Below are positions 1 through 8,817 of a stretch of DNA of 64,000 bases, piece after piece. The position numbers and the translations under genes are program-made. The DNA is taken from the NCBI GenBank assembly GCA_963776545.1, contig CAVZND010000014.1:13740-77739 (forward strand), in the 5' to 3' direction. This stretch comes from an uncultured Chloroflexia bacterium. Lineage in GTDB: Bacteria > Chloroflexota > Limnocylindria > Limnocylindrales > CSP1-4. Each line of letters begins with the position of its first letter. The stretch's first letter is position 1. A model generated the notes under the pieces. The model did no database searches. It saw only the letters and a list, made by a program, of their open reading frames with translations, and was not told the DNA's origin.

Positions 1-44
1 CGCGTCACCATACGGGGCGCAGTCGAGCCACAGGGAGGAAGCGG

Positions 45-953
45 ATGCAGGTCGGGTTGCTGGTGCCCCAGGGTTGGAAGGGCGAGTACGACGGTTGGCC
101 GGCAGCCGACGCGTGGGCCCGGACGGTGGCCCTCGCCGAACAGGCGGAAGCCCTCGGCTTCGAGTCGCTCTGGGTCTTCGACCACTTCCACACGGTGCCC
201 GCCCCGACCGACGAGATCACGCTCGAGGGCTTCTCGGTCCTGACCGCTCTCGCGATCCTGACCAAGCGGGTCCGTCTCGGTCACATGGTCGTCTGCACCG
301 GGTTCCGCAACCCGGCCCTCACGGCGAAGCTCTCGTCGACGATCGACGTCATCAGCGGCGGGCGCTTCGAGCTCGGGATCGGCGCGGGCTGGAAGGAAGA
401 GGAATGGATCGCGTACGGCTACGGCTTCCCGCCACTCGGTGAGCGCATGGCGGCGTTGGGCGACCACCTCGAGGTCATCACCCGGATGTTCCGCCCGGGT
501 CGGGCCTGGTTCGAGGGTGAGTACGCGAACGTCCAGGGCGCCATCAACGTGCCCAAGGGCCTCCAGGCGCCGCGCATCCCGATCATCGTCGGTGGCAACG
601 GCCGCCGCCGGACGGCGGGCTACGCGATCAAGTACGGCGACGAGCTCAACCTGGTTTTCATCGATCCCGACGAGGTCGCGATCCGGATGGCCGAAGTCCG
701 CGCGCGGTGCGAAGCCGAGGGCCGCGACCCGGCGACCTTGCGATTCTCGCTCTACCTCAAGGACGAGCAGATGCGTCAGACCGGCCAGGCACGGGTCGAC
801 GTCCTGGCCCGCCTGGCGGAGATCGGCGTCGATCGGGCGGTCTGCTTCCCGACCCGCTGGTCACCGACCCTCGATGCGCAAGCGGCGTTCGCCGAGGACT
901 GCCGCGCGGCGGGATTGACGCTCGATCCCGGCCCGGTGGGCGCGTCGACCTAG
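45..953 (+). CDS. LLM-class (luciferase-like) flavin/F420-dependent oxidoreductase
   Basis: 302-aa ORF with a GGAGG RBS upstream. TIM-barrel LLM signature region (GFESLWVFDHF…GIGAGW). Confidence 0.8.
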   Translation: MQVGLLVPQGWKGEYDGWPAADAWARTVALAEQAEALGFESLWVFDHFHTVPAPTDEITLEGFSVLTALAILTKRVRLGHMVVCTGFRNPALTAKLSSTIDVISGGRFELGIGAGWKEEEWIAYGYGFPPLGERMAALGDHLEVITRMFRPGRAWFEGEYANVQGAINVPKGLQAPRIPIIVGGNGRRRTAGYAIKYGDELNLVFIDPDEVAIRMAEVRARCEAEGRDPATLRFSLYLKDEQMRQTGQARVDVLARLAEIGVDRAVCFPTRWSPTLDAQAAFAEDCRAAGLTLDPGPVGAST

Positions 954-1432
954 GAGGCGCGCTCGGTGGTGGTCGACGCCGCCCGGCCGATCCGGCCGAT
1001 CCGGCGTCGCGGCCAGTAGCGGAACCACGCCCGACCGACGAGCAGCTCCAGGGGAACCGGGCCATACCGACGCGAGTCGCTCGGCTCGCCGAACCCGGCC
1101 GCCTCGGTGATCTCGGGTGACGCGTCGCTCAGCAGCCAGGCCTCGTCCTCGGCGAGCTCGAGGAACCCGTCGGCGAACGGGACCCGGTCGCTCGGCCCCG
1201 CCGCCACGCGCTTGACCGCGAGTCCCTCGCCGTCCGGCTCGCGAAAGACGACGACCGAGCCCCGACGCGGCCAGCGCGTGACCGTCGGATCCACGAGCAA
1301 CCAGTCCCCGGCGTCGATGGCCGGCCGCATGCTCGCTTCCGCGACGGCGACCCGCCACGGCCCGCGCAGGCGATCCGCGAGGCTCGTTGCACGACGAGGC
1401 CCCGCCGGTCGGCGGGGCCTTCGGTCCGTCAC
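950..1432 (-). CDS. sodX: S26-family signal peptidase, Ni-SOD maturation protease (SodX-like)
   Basis: SM…GDWLLV catalytic-serine region typical of SodX, immediately downstream of sodN. Start uncertain; it overlaps the 3' end of sodN. Confidence 0.65.
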   Translation of the reverse strand: MTDRRPRRPAGPRRATSLADRLRGPWRVAVAEASMRPAIDAGDWLLVDPTVTRWPRRGSVVVFREPDGEGLAVKRVAAGPSDRVPFADGFLELAEDEAWLLSDASPEITEAAGFGEPSDSRRYGPVPLELLVGRAWFRYWPRRRIGRIGRAASTTTERAS

Positions 1433-1448
1433 GGAACGGGCGTCGCGC

Positions 1449-1880
1449 TCAGCCCGGGCGACCCGCCACGCGCGTCTTCTCGAGCCCGCCTGTCGCCTTC
1501 CAGGCCGCATCGACCTCGTCGATGAGCTCGAGCAGCTTCTTCGCGTCGGCGAGGTCCGTCGACGCCTTCACCTTCGAGGCCTGCTTGTTGGCGTTCCAGA
1601 AGAGCTCGTGGAGGTTCGGGACCTTCTCGAGATGCTCGGGCTTGAAGTAGTCGTGCCAGAGGACGTCGAGGTGGTGCTTGACCAGGTCGGCGCGCTCCTC
1701 CTTGATGTGGAGGCAGCGGCCGCGGAAGGTCGGGTCCTCGTTCGCCGCGTACTTCTCGATGATCCGATAGACGGATTCGGCCTCGATGCGCGCCTGTTCG
1801 GGATCGTAGACCCCACAGGGCAGGTCGCAGTGGGCTCGGGCGGTCGTGCTGGGGGCAAGCCAGCGAGTCAGGCGGGACAT
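1449..1880 (-). CDS. sodN: nickel superoxide dismutase precursor
   Basis: Ni-hook HCDLPCGVYDP follows a 13-aa leader. AAGGAG RBS 4 nt upstream of the ATG at 1880. Confidence 0.92.
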   Translation of the reverse strand: MSRLTRWLAPSTTARAHCDLPCGVYDPEQARIEAESVYRIIEKYAANEDPTFRGRCLHIKEERADLVKHHLDVLWHDYFKPEHLEKVPNLHELFWNANKQASKVKASTDLADAKKLLELIDEVDAAWKATGGLEKTRVAGRPG

Positions 1881-1950
1881 GGGACTCCTTCGCACTGGGT
1901 AGTGGGTCACACCCTATCGCCTTCCGGGGTGGCTCGAAGTGTCCGAGCCG

Positions 1951-1984
1951 CGGCCGGACGTGTCAAACACGCAACGTCCGGCCG
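1951..1984 (-). terminator. perfect 11-bp inverted repeat (CGGCCGGACGT-12nt-ACGTCCGGCCG), putative terminator or operator
   Basis: Lies ~18 nt past the stop of the 2002..4140 gene and ~70 nt upstream of sodN. A nested GTCAAAC/GTTTGAC inverted repeat sits inside it. No U-tract. Confidence 0.35.
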
Positions 1985-2001
1985 ACGTTTGACGTTGGTT
2001 G

Positions 2002-4140
2002 CTAGCTCGTGGCCGCGGCAGGCTCGGGCTCGGTGGCCGCAGCGGGAGTGGGAGCAACGGGTGCCGGTCGTCCGAGCTGGATGCCGATCGAGTCGAGCCA
2101 GCGTCGGATGTTCCTGTAGATGGCCGGTGCCCCGAGTGGGACCGGCTCGTCCAGCTCCCAGTCGGACGGATGGAGGATGAACGGCTCGGTCTGGGGGCCA
2201 CCGAGGCCGCCGTGCGAGCCGATCAGCTCCTCGAACGCGGCGACCTCGCCGAGCTCCGGGTCGTACTGGCTGAGGAGCAGGATGTCCGGCGCGTGGGTCA
2301 TGGCGTCCTCGCGTCGCAGGCTCATGATCGTGTGCTCGCCGAAGAGCAGCGTGGGGTCGCGGTCCTCCACCCGGTCCTCGTCGAGGAAGCGGATGCCGTT
2401 GTTGTCGATCGCCATGGCGCCGTGCTGCGACGAGCGGACCATGACGAGCCCGACGCCCGGGTGGTCGACGAGCGCGCTGAGCAGGCCCGGATGCAGCTCG
2501 TCGAGCTCCTCCACGGTGAGCCGATGGTCGTAGCCGGTGAACCACACGAGGCCGAGATTGCCCGACCCGACGACCACGATCGCCGACTCGTCCGCCGGGG
2601 GCGGGATCTCGGTCGCGTCGAGGTCGACGACGCCGTCGGTGGTCCGCCCCGCCAGCGCGGCCCGGGCGACCGTGGGGCCGACGCCTTCGCTTCGGGTGAT
2701 CTCGGAGAGGAACGCGTTGACGAAGGTCGAGCCCTCGGCCTGGGTCTTGGTCTGGACCAGCGTCGCTCGACCGCTCATCAGGTCCCGGACGACCTCGCCC
2801 AGGCTCTGGCCGTAGCGCTGCTTGAACGTGGCGCCCAGGCTCTGGCCGTGATCCGAGAGGACGACGAAGCGATACGGCCGCGGCGCGTCCTGGGCGGCAT
2901 GGGCGAGCGTGCCGATCGCCCGGTCCACCCCGTCGAGGGCCTCGAACGACTCGACCCGCTCCGGTCCGCAGTGGTGGGCCAGCTCGTCGTAGTCGGTGAA
3001 ATCGGCGTAAATGACGTTCGTCCCCCGATACATCTCCTCGATGATCAGGGACACGTTGACGTCGCGTAACAGCACGTTGCTCGCGGCCCGCATCCCGGCG
3101 TACTTCATGCCGCGGTGCATCTGCGGGCGGATGCCCGAACGTCGCGTCCGACGTGCCTGGTAGCGCTCCTTGATGAACTCGCCGAGGAAGAGCGTGAACG
3201 AGCGCAGGTAGCCGCTCGGACTCAGGAAGAAGCCGAGGAAGGCCTTGCTGTCGCCGATGCCCTGCGACTCGTCCTTGATGGCGGCGGTCGTGAGATAGGC
3301 GCGGGTCGCGTCGCCTGTGACGAGGTTGCAGATGCTCGCGCCGTTGTTCGAGAGCAGGCCCTCGCCGTCGGAGATGCGTCGGACGATCTCGCCCGCGTCG
3401 TCTGGATTGCTCGACTGCATCAGGTGCTGCCGATCGCGTTCGTACCAGCGGAAGGCGGGGATCCCGTCGTTGTTGCCGTGGAGGATGCCCGCCTGGCTGG
3501 CCGAGGTCATCGACGGCAGGATCGCCTCCCAGCGCGACAGCTTGTGGCTGCCGTCCCGCACCCAGTCGGCCATCGTGTTGACCGAGCCGGCGCGCATCCG
3601 GCCGGCCAGGATCGGATGGGCCAGCCCGTCGATCTGGACGATGACCAGGCCGGGCTGGTCCGTCTTCGCCGCCGCTCGCTTGATGAGCAGGCTCTGGACC
3701 AGGAGCCCGTAGAACGAATCGCCACTGTCGACGCCCAGGATGGCGGTCAAGACCGTGTTGATGATGGCGAACACGAACGAGCCGACGAGGGCCGGCACGA
3801 ACCCGCCGATGTGGACCCCGGGCACCACGTTGGCCGCGATCACGAACACGAGCACCTGGAGGACCAGGACCGAGATCCCGGTCAGGACCAGCGATCGCGG
3901 CGCGACCAGTGCCAGAACGACCGGCCGGATGATGGCGTTGAACAGCGCCATGACGATGACGACGAGGACCCCGGCGCCGAACGTGTCAACAGTGATGCTG
4001 GGCAGGAGCAAACTCGTCAGCCAGAACGAGATCGCCGAGACGAGCAGGGTGACGACGAGGCGCTTGAAGAGCGCCCACGGGCCGCCGCGCCACTCCCAGA
4101 GCACGCGAAGCTGGGTCCGGTACAAGGCGAAGATGCTCAT
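2002..4140 (-). CDS. membrane protein with phage-holin-family (4-TM) N-terminal domain fused to an alkaline-phosphatase/type-I phosphodiesterase family domain
   Basis: 712 aa. N-terminal ~140 aa are a hydrophobic holin-like domain paralogous to 11964..12353. The remainder matches the nucleotide pyrophosphatase/AlkP superfamily. Confidence 0.75.
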   Translation of the reverse strand: MSIFALYRTQLRVLWEWRGGPWALFKRLVVTLLVSAISFWLTSLLLPSITVDTFGAGVLVVIVMALFNAIIRPVVLALVAPRSLVLTGISVLVLQVLVFVIAANVVPGVHIGGFVPALVGSFVFAIINTVLTAILGVDSGDSFYGLLVQSLLIKRAAAKTDQPGLVIVQIDGLAHPILAGRMRAGSVNTMADWVRDGSHKLSRWEAILPSMTSASQAGILHGNNDGIPAFRWYERDRQHLMQSSNPDDAGEIVRRISDGEGLLSNNGASICNLVTGDATRAYLTTAAIKDESQGIGDSKAFLGFFLSPSGYLRSFTLFLGEFIKERYQARRTRRSGIRPQMHRGMKYAGMRAASNVLLRDVNVSLIIEEMYRGTNVIYADFTDYDELAHHCGPERVESFEALDGVDRAIGTLAHAAQDAPRPYRFVVLSDHGQSLGATFKQRYGQSLGEVVRDLMSGRATLVQTKTQAEGSTFVNAFLSEITRSEGVGPTVARAALAGRTTDGVVDLDATEIPPPADESAIVVVGSGNLGLVWFTGYDHRLTVEELDELHPGLLSALVDHPGVGLVMVRSSQHGAMAIDNNGIRFLDEDRVEDRDPTLLFGEHTIMSLRREDAMTHAPDILLLSQYDPELGEVAAFEELIGSHGGLGGPQTEPFILHPSDWELDEPVPLGAPAIYRNIRRWLDSIGIQLGRPAPVAPTPAAATEPEPAAATS

Positions 4141-4142
4141 GG

Positions 4143-5504
4143 ATGCCCTTTCGCAACGCGCGGGTGACGACGAGCGCTCACGGTATCATCGCCGAGATGA
4201 GCGACCGAGCATTGCCCGGCGTCGAAGGCCCTCCGGCTTGTCCCTTCATCGCGTTCGAGGACGAGCGCGATGAGCGCTCGTCGAGTCCCGATCACCGCCA
4301 TCGCTGCTATGCCGAGGTTCGCCCGGCGCCCCGAGCGCTCGCGCACCAGGAGGCGTACTGCCTCTCGAGCGCCTTCCCGGTCTGCCCCACGTTCCAGGAC
4401 TGGGCACGTCGGGAGGCGGCCCAGGCGCGCTCGGCCGGTCGAGCCGTCGCGGCGCCACCGGCCATGGCGACGGCCGTCGATGAGGAACCGGAACCGGCCG
4501 CCGCGGCCGAACCCGACGAGCCGAAGGTGGCCGCGGGCCCGCCCCCGCCCGACGCGGCCGATGAGGTGGCGGCGCCCGAGGACGATGCCGACCCATGGGC
4601 CGCCCCGCCCCATGACGACGAGGAACCGGTCATCCATCGGAATCCGCCCCGCGACTGGGCCGCGCCGCCGCCATGGGCGACCAGCGGGGCCGCCGGCATG
4701 TCGACCGCGGGCGGCCAGGGCGGGGGTCGCCCGGACGACCAAGCGCCGGACTTCCTCGCCAGTCGTGACCCGGCACGCGGGCTCGCCGGCAGCGCCGCCG
4801 ATCGGCTGGCCGGCGGGACGCCAGCGTCCACACCCGCGTCGAAGGGCGCTTCGACCTCGCCCGCCGCGATGCCCTCGGATGAACTCGCCGGGCTGGTCGC
4901 CGGGGCGGCCGTCAGCAACGCCCGAGCGCGGACGTCGGAGCCGATCACCCGGCCGCCGAGCGGCGCGTATCCCACGACGACTGCGTCCGGCCGCCGGCCG
5001 ACCGTCAGCTCCACGCGCACGCGCGCGCAGCAGCACGACGGGCCGTCGTGGGAGAGCGCGAAGCGCTACGAGGCGTATCCGACCATCAAGACCCGGGCCG
5101 GCCTGCCCGGCATCCCGCGCATCGCGGTCCTGGCCGGCGCCCTTGGCATCGCGGCGCTGGCCCTGTTCTTCCTGCCCGCGCTGCTGGGCGTCGGTGGCGG
5201 CGGCAGCGGGTCGAGTGCTTCCCCGAGCCGGTCGGCGGCGGCGGCGACCGCGACGCCCGCGCCGACCCCGATCCCCGAGCCGACGGCACAGACCTACACG
5301 GTCAAGGCCGGCGACACGCTCCTCAAGATCGCCAAGAAGTTCGACGTGACCGTGGACGAGCTCCTGGCCGCGAACAAGGGCGCGATCAAGAACAAGGACC
5401 AGATCAAGGTGGGGCAGAAGCTCATCATCCCGGTGCCGACGCCGGACGAGGTGACCGACCCGTCTGCCGCCGCGCCCGAGGAGAGTCCGACGCCCGAGCC
5501 CTAA
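4143..5504 (+). CDS. LysM peptidoglycan-binding protein with Cys-rich N-terminus, Pro/Ala-rich linker and one TM segment
   Basis: C-terminal LysM (YTVKAGDTLLKIAKKFDVTVDELLAANK). True start may be the internal Met at 4197. Confidence 0.7.
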   Translation: MPFRNARVTTSAHGIIAEMSDRALPGVEGPPACPFIAFEDERDERSSSPDHRHRCYAEVRPAPRALAHQEAYCLSSAFPVCPTFQDWARREAAQARSAGRAVAAPPAMATAVDEEPEPAAAAEPDEPKVAAGPPPPDAADEVAAPEDDADPWAAPPHDDEEPVIHRNPPRDWAAPPPWATSGAAGMSTAGGQGGGRPDDQAPDFLASRDPARGLAGSAADRLAGGTPASTPASKGASTSPAAMPSDELAGLVAGAAVSNARARTSEPITRPPSGAYPTTTASGRRPTVSSTRTRAQQHDGPSWESAKRYEAYPTIKTRAGLPGIPRIAVLAGALGIAALALFFLPALLGVGGGGSGSSASPSRSAAAATATPAPTPIPEPTAQTYTVKAGDTLLKIAKKFDVTVDELLAANKGAIKNKDQIKVGQKLIIPVPTPDEVTDPSAAAPEESPTPEP

Positions 5505-5514
5505 GGCGCCGCGC

Positions 5515-5844
5515 CTAGCGGGGCGCGATGTTGATGGCCGTGATCTTGCCCGCCTCGACCCGGAAGGTCGCGTCGATGTGCTGGGTCGGGGCGCCCGGCC
5601 GGACCACGAGCAGATCCGCCTCGTAGGTATTGCCGGTGTCGCGGATCTCGCCCGGGATCATGCGCAGGCCGGAGTCGCCGCGCAGGAACCAGCCGCCGAC
5701 GCGCTCGACCCCGCGCAGCGTCTGCACGCTGTCACCGACGTGCACGCGCATCTCGGTCATCTCGTCCATCAGGGCCACCGCGCCTTCGCGGTCGCCTCCG
5801 TTGAGCTTCTCGAAGAAGTCTTCCATCGTCTCGACAGCACCCAT
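5515..5844 (-). CDS. SnoaL-like / NTF2-fold small protein
   Basis: ATG at 5844, ~110 aa. The longer upstream ORF extension is likely spurious. Confidence 0.5.
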   Translation of the reverse strand: MGAVETMEDFFEKLNGGDREGAVALMDEMTEMRVHVGDSVQTLRGVERVGGWFLRGDSGLRMIPGEIRDTGNTYEADLLVVRPGAPTQHIDATFRVEAGKITAINIAPR

Positions 5845-5851
5845 GGCCTGA

Positions 5852-6553
5852 GTGTACCGTCGGGCGCCCATGGACGCCGTCCAGCGATCGACCGACGAGC
5901 TGCGGGCGCGCCTGGCCGCCGCCTGGCCTCTGTTCGGGTTGACTCTGCGGACCGAGCGCCTGGTCCTGCGCCTGCCCACCGACGACGAGCTGCTCGACCT
6001 CATGGACCTCGCGCGGGCGGGGATCCACCCACCCGACGAGATGCCGTTCGGGGTCGCCTGGTCGACGCAGCCGAGCCCGGCTTTCGAACGGGGCTACCTC
6101 GCCTATCACTGGGGCAACCGGTCGGGCTGGTCGGCCGGCGATTGGGAGCTGGGCCTCGTCGCGTCGTTCGAGGGCACCCTGATCGGGATGCAGGGCATGC
6201 ACGCCCGCGACTTCGCGACTCGACGGACGGTCGGCACGGGGTCGTGGGTAGGCCAGGTGTTTCAGCGGCGCGGCTTCGGCAAGGAGATGCGGGCCGCCTT
6301 CCTGGCGCTCGCCTTCGACGGGCTCGGTGCCCAGCTGGCGGAGACCGAGGCGTTCCTCGACAACGCGGCCTCGAATGCGGTCTCGCGAGCCTTGGACTAC
6401 GAGGAGAACGGGTTCGGGTCGATCGCGCCGCAAGGCACGCCCCGCGAGACCCAGCGGTTCCGCATGACCGCCGAGCGGTGGCGCTCCCGTCCGCGCCCGG
6501 CGGTCACGATCGAGGGCCTCGAGGGCTGTCTCGAGCTCTTCGGGGTGGCCTAG
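5852..6553 (+). CDS. GNAT family N-acetyltransferase (RimJ/RimL-like)
   Basis: Acetyl-CoA binding motif QRRGFGKEM; 233 aa. Confidence 0.8.
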   Translation: MYRRAPMDAVQRSTDELRARLAAAWPLFGLTLRTERLVLRLPTDDELLDLMDLARAGIHPPDEMPFGVAWSTQPSPAFERGYLAYHWGNRSGWSAGDWELGLVASFEGTLIGMQGMHARDFATRRTVGTGSWVGQVFQRRGFGKEMRAAFLALAFDGLGAQLAETEAFLDNAASNAVSRALDYEENGFGSIAPQGTPRETQRFRMTAERWRSRPRPAVTIEGLEGCLELFGVA

Positions 6554-8760
6554 AAGCCGCCGCCGGCGCCACCTCCGCCACCGCCCGAGCCGCCACCGCC
6601 GAAGCCGCCGCCACCCCCACCGCCCGACGACGACGGCGAGTTCCCGATCGTGCCGAGCGCCGACATCATGCCGCCGATGTCGGGGATGGCCGAGTCGGAG
6701 AAGATGCTGCCGCCGCTCCCGCCGACACCGCCGGCGCCGACGAACGCGGACCCGTCCGACGTCCGGTACCAGGTCGGGAACCAGACGACGGAGGCGTTCG
6801 GGGCGGCCGCCTTGACGTCGTCGAGGCTGCGGCTCAGGACGCCTTCGATCTCGCCCTGGAGACCCAGCGCCGTGCCCCAGACGACGGCCTGGTCCGGCGT
6901 CTCGAGCCATTCGAGCCCGGCCTCGTCGACGACCTGCTGCATCGAGCGTGCCTGGGCCATCGTCTTCTCGAGCGTGCGTCGGTACGCGGCCAGCATCGCG
7001 CGGATCATGGAGCCGGGCATCGTGACGGCGGGCATGAACCGGGCGAACAGCACGATGACGATGCCACCGAGCAGGACCGCCCCGCCGATCAGCACGAGCC
7101 CGGAGATCGGGACGTTCCAGCCCACGACGAGCGCAACGACGCCGGCCACGATGGCGAGCACGCCGCGACCGGCCCAGCGAGTCGTGACCTTGCTCGGCGC
7201 CTCCCCGAACCAGCCGCGCTTGACGACGTGCTTCTCCAGCGCCTTGTCGAAGTCGGCCACGGACGACCCGAATTTGGGCAGGTCGTCGGGCTTGATGTAG
7301 CCCTCGTCCTCGCCGGCGCTGAGCGAGCGGAGCTCCTTGAGCGCGACCTCCTCGGCCGGTCCGATCGGCCGCCGCGCGTTCCTTGCCCGTTGCGCCTCCT
7401 CCATCTCATCGCCCTTGGCCGGGTCCACGTCGACCCCGACCTTGTGGCTCAGGCCGAGGAGCCCGGTCTCCTCGCGGAACGAAAGGAGCCCTCGGCTCGC
7501 GAGATCGAGCATCGCCGTGGTCAAGGCGCGACGCGACGTGCCACCGTCCATGACCATCGCCCCGGACGCCGCGGTCAGGTCGGGCGGCGGAGCCGGCATC
7601 AGGATCGAGGGGTCGTCGAGGTAGACCGGGTCCTTGCCGAAGCGCCGCCAGTTGATGAACGCCCAGCCGCTCAGGCCGAGGAACGCGATCGGCGCGCCGA
7701 CGAGCCCCAGGACCGCGTTCAACTGGCGCGCCCATTCGAGCGAGGCGGCGTGCTCCGGTGTCGCCGCCTCGTCGACCTTCCGGAGGGCCACCTCGAGGGC
7801 ACCGTCGAAGTCGGCGTTGCGCAGCAGCGGGACCATGTCGTTCTCGAAGATGGCCTGGCGTTCCGCATTGCTCAGGAAGGCCGCCTCGAACCCGGGCGCC
7901 GCGTACAGCTGGACCTGGCCGTGCTGGAGCGAGGGATCGATGTCGAAGAAGATCACCATGCCGTCGTTGAAGCCGGCCCGCCCGATGCCCCACTGGTCGA
8001 TGAGTGCCCGGGCGCGCGATTCGGTTTCGGACGTCTCGACGCCGTAGTCTGTCAGCTGCGTGTAGACCACGACCTCGGCACCGGTCCGCGCCTCGATGCC
8101 GTCGATGACGGACTCGGCCCTGACGATCGCGTCCGGGCTCAGGATGCCGGCGTTGTCGTAGACGGCCCGGCCATCGACGGGATCCGGGAACGGCGGGCCC
8201 GGCGACGGTTCGGGCGCACCCGGCGCCGACGACCCCGCCGCCACCTCGAATGTCGTTCGAAGGACATGGCCAAGGGCGACGAGGATGGCACCGTCGGTGT
8301 CGTCGGCCCGGAACAACGGCAGCATCTCGTCGGTGAAGATCGCCTGGCGCTCGTCGGACGAGAGGTAGGTCGAATCGAACCCCTTGCCGGCATACAGCTG
8401 GAGCTGTCCGTCTGATCGACCGTTGTCGAGTTCAAGCAGGATCACCAGCCCGTCGTCGATGCCGGCCCGTCCGATGCCCCACTCGTCCATCAGCGCGGCG
8501 GCGTCAGCTTCCGCTCCCTCAGTCGTGAGGTCGTCCCGACCCATCGCCTGCGTGTACAGGACGACCTCGACCCCGGTCTGCGCCTCGATGGCGTCGATGA
8601 TCTGCTCTGCCTGGGCGATGGTCTCCGGACGTGAGCACGCCGGCGTAGTCGTAGACCGCCTGGTCGTTGACGGGCTCCGGGTACGGTGGCCCGGGTGGCG
8701 GCGTCGTCGGGGCGGGGCTCGCGCCGAGGACCGACCCGATCGCGAGGAGCGCCCAGGCGA
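6550..8760 (-). CDS. secreted/membrane protein with two TPM (DUF477) domains + DUF2207 membrane domain and Gly-rich C-tail; apparent frameshift
   Basis: Signal peptide and first TPM domain are in one frame (ORF 8519..9526). The rest is in the 6550..8544 frame. The switch falls near 8625-8632 (…YAGVL|SPETIAQAEQ…). Confidence 0.6.
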   Translation of the reverse strand, partial: SPGRSSRSGRSSARAPPRRRRHPGHRTRSPSTTRRSTTTPACSRPETIAQAEQIIDAIEAQTGVEVVLYTQAMGRDDLTTEGAEADAAALMDEWGIGRAGIDDGLVILLELDNGRSDGQLQLYAGKGFDSTYLSSDERQAIFTDEMLPLFRADDTDGAILVALGHVLRTTFEVAAGSSAPGAPEPSPGPPFPDPVDGRAVYDNAGILSPDAIVRAESVIDGIEARTGAEVVVYTQLTDYGVETSETESRARALIDQWGIGRAGFNDGMVIFFDIDPSLQHGQVQLYAAPGFEAAFLSNAERQAIFENDMVPLLRNADFDGALEVALRKVDEAATPEHAASLEWARQLNAVLGLVGAPIAFLGLSGWAFINWRRFGKDPVYLDDPSILMPAPPPDLTAASGAMVMDGGTSRRALTTAMLDLASRGLLSFREETGLLGLSHKVGVDVDPAKGDEMEEAQRARNARRPIGPAEEVALKELRSLSAGEDEGYIKPDDLPKFGSSVADFDKALEKHVVKRGWFGEAPSKVTTRWAGRGVLAIVAGVVALVVGWNVPISGLVLIGGAVLLGGIVIVLFARFMPAVTMPGSMIRAMLAAYRRTLEKTMAQARSMQQVVDEAGLEWLETPDQAVVWGTALGLQGEIEGVLSRSLDDVKAAAPNASVVWFPTWYRTSDGSAFVGAGGVGGSGGSIFSDSAIPDIGGMMSALGTIGNSPSSSGGGGGGGFGGGGSGGGGGGAGGGF

Positions 8761-8817
8761 TCGCTGCGACGACCCCGACGAGGGACCGCGTCCGCCCGCG
8801 GCGGACCGTGCGCCGGG

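Noticed and set aside
1881-2001. Nur-box (Ni-responsive Fur-family) operator upstream of sodN
   Set aside because: The element has TTGC-N4-TTGA within a palindrome but does not match the TTGCAA-N5-TTGCAA consensus. It could equally be the terminator of the upstream gene.
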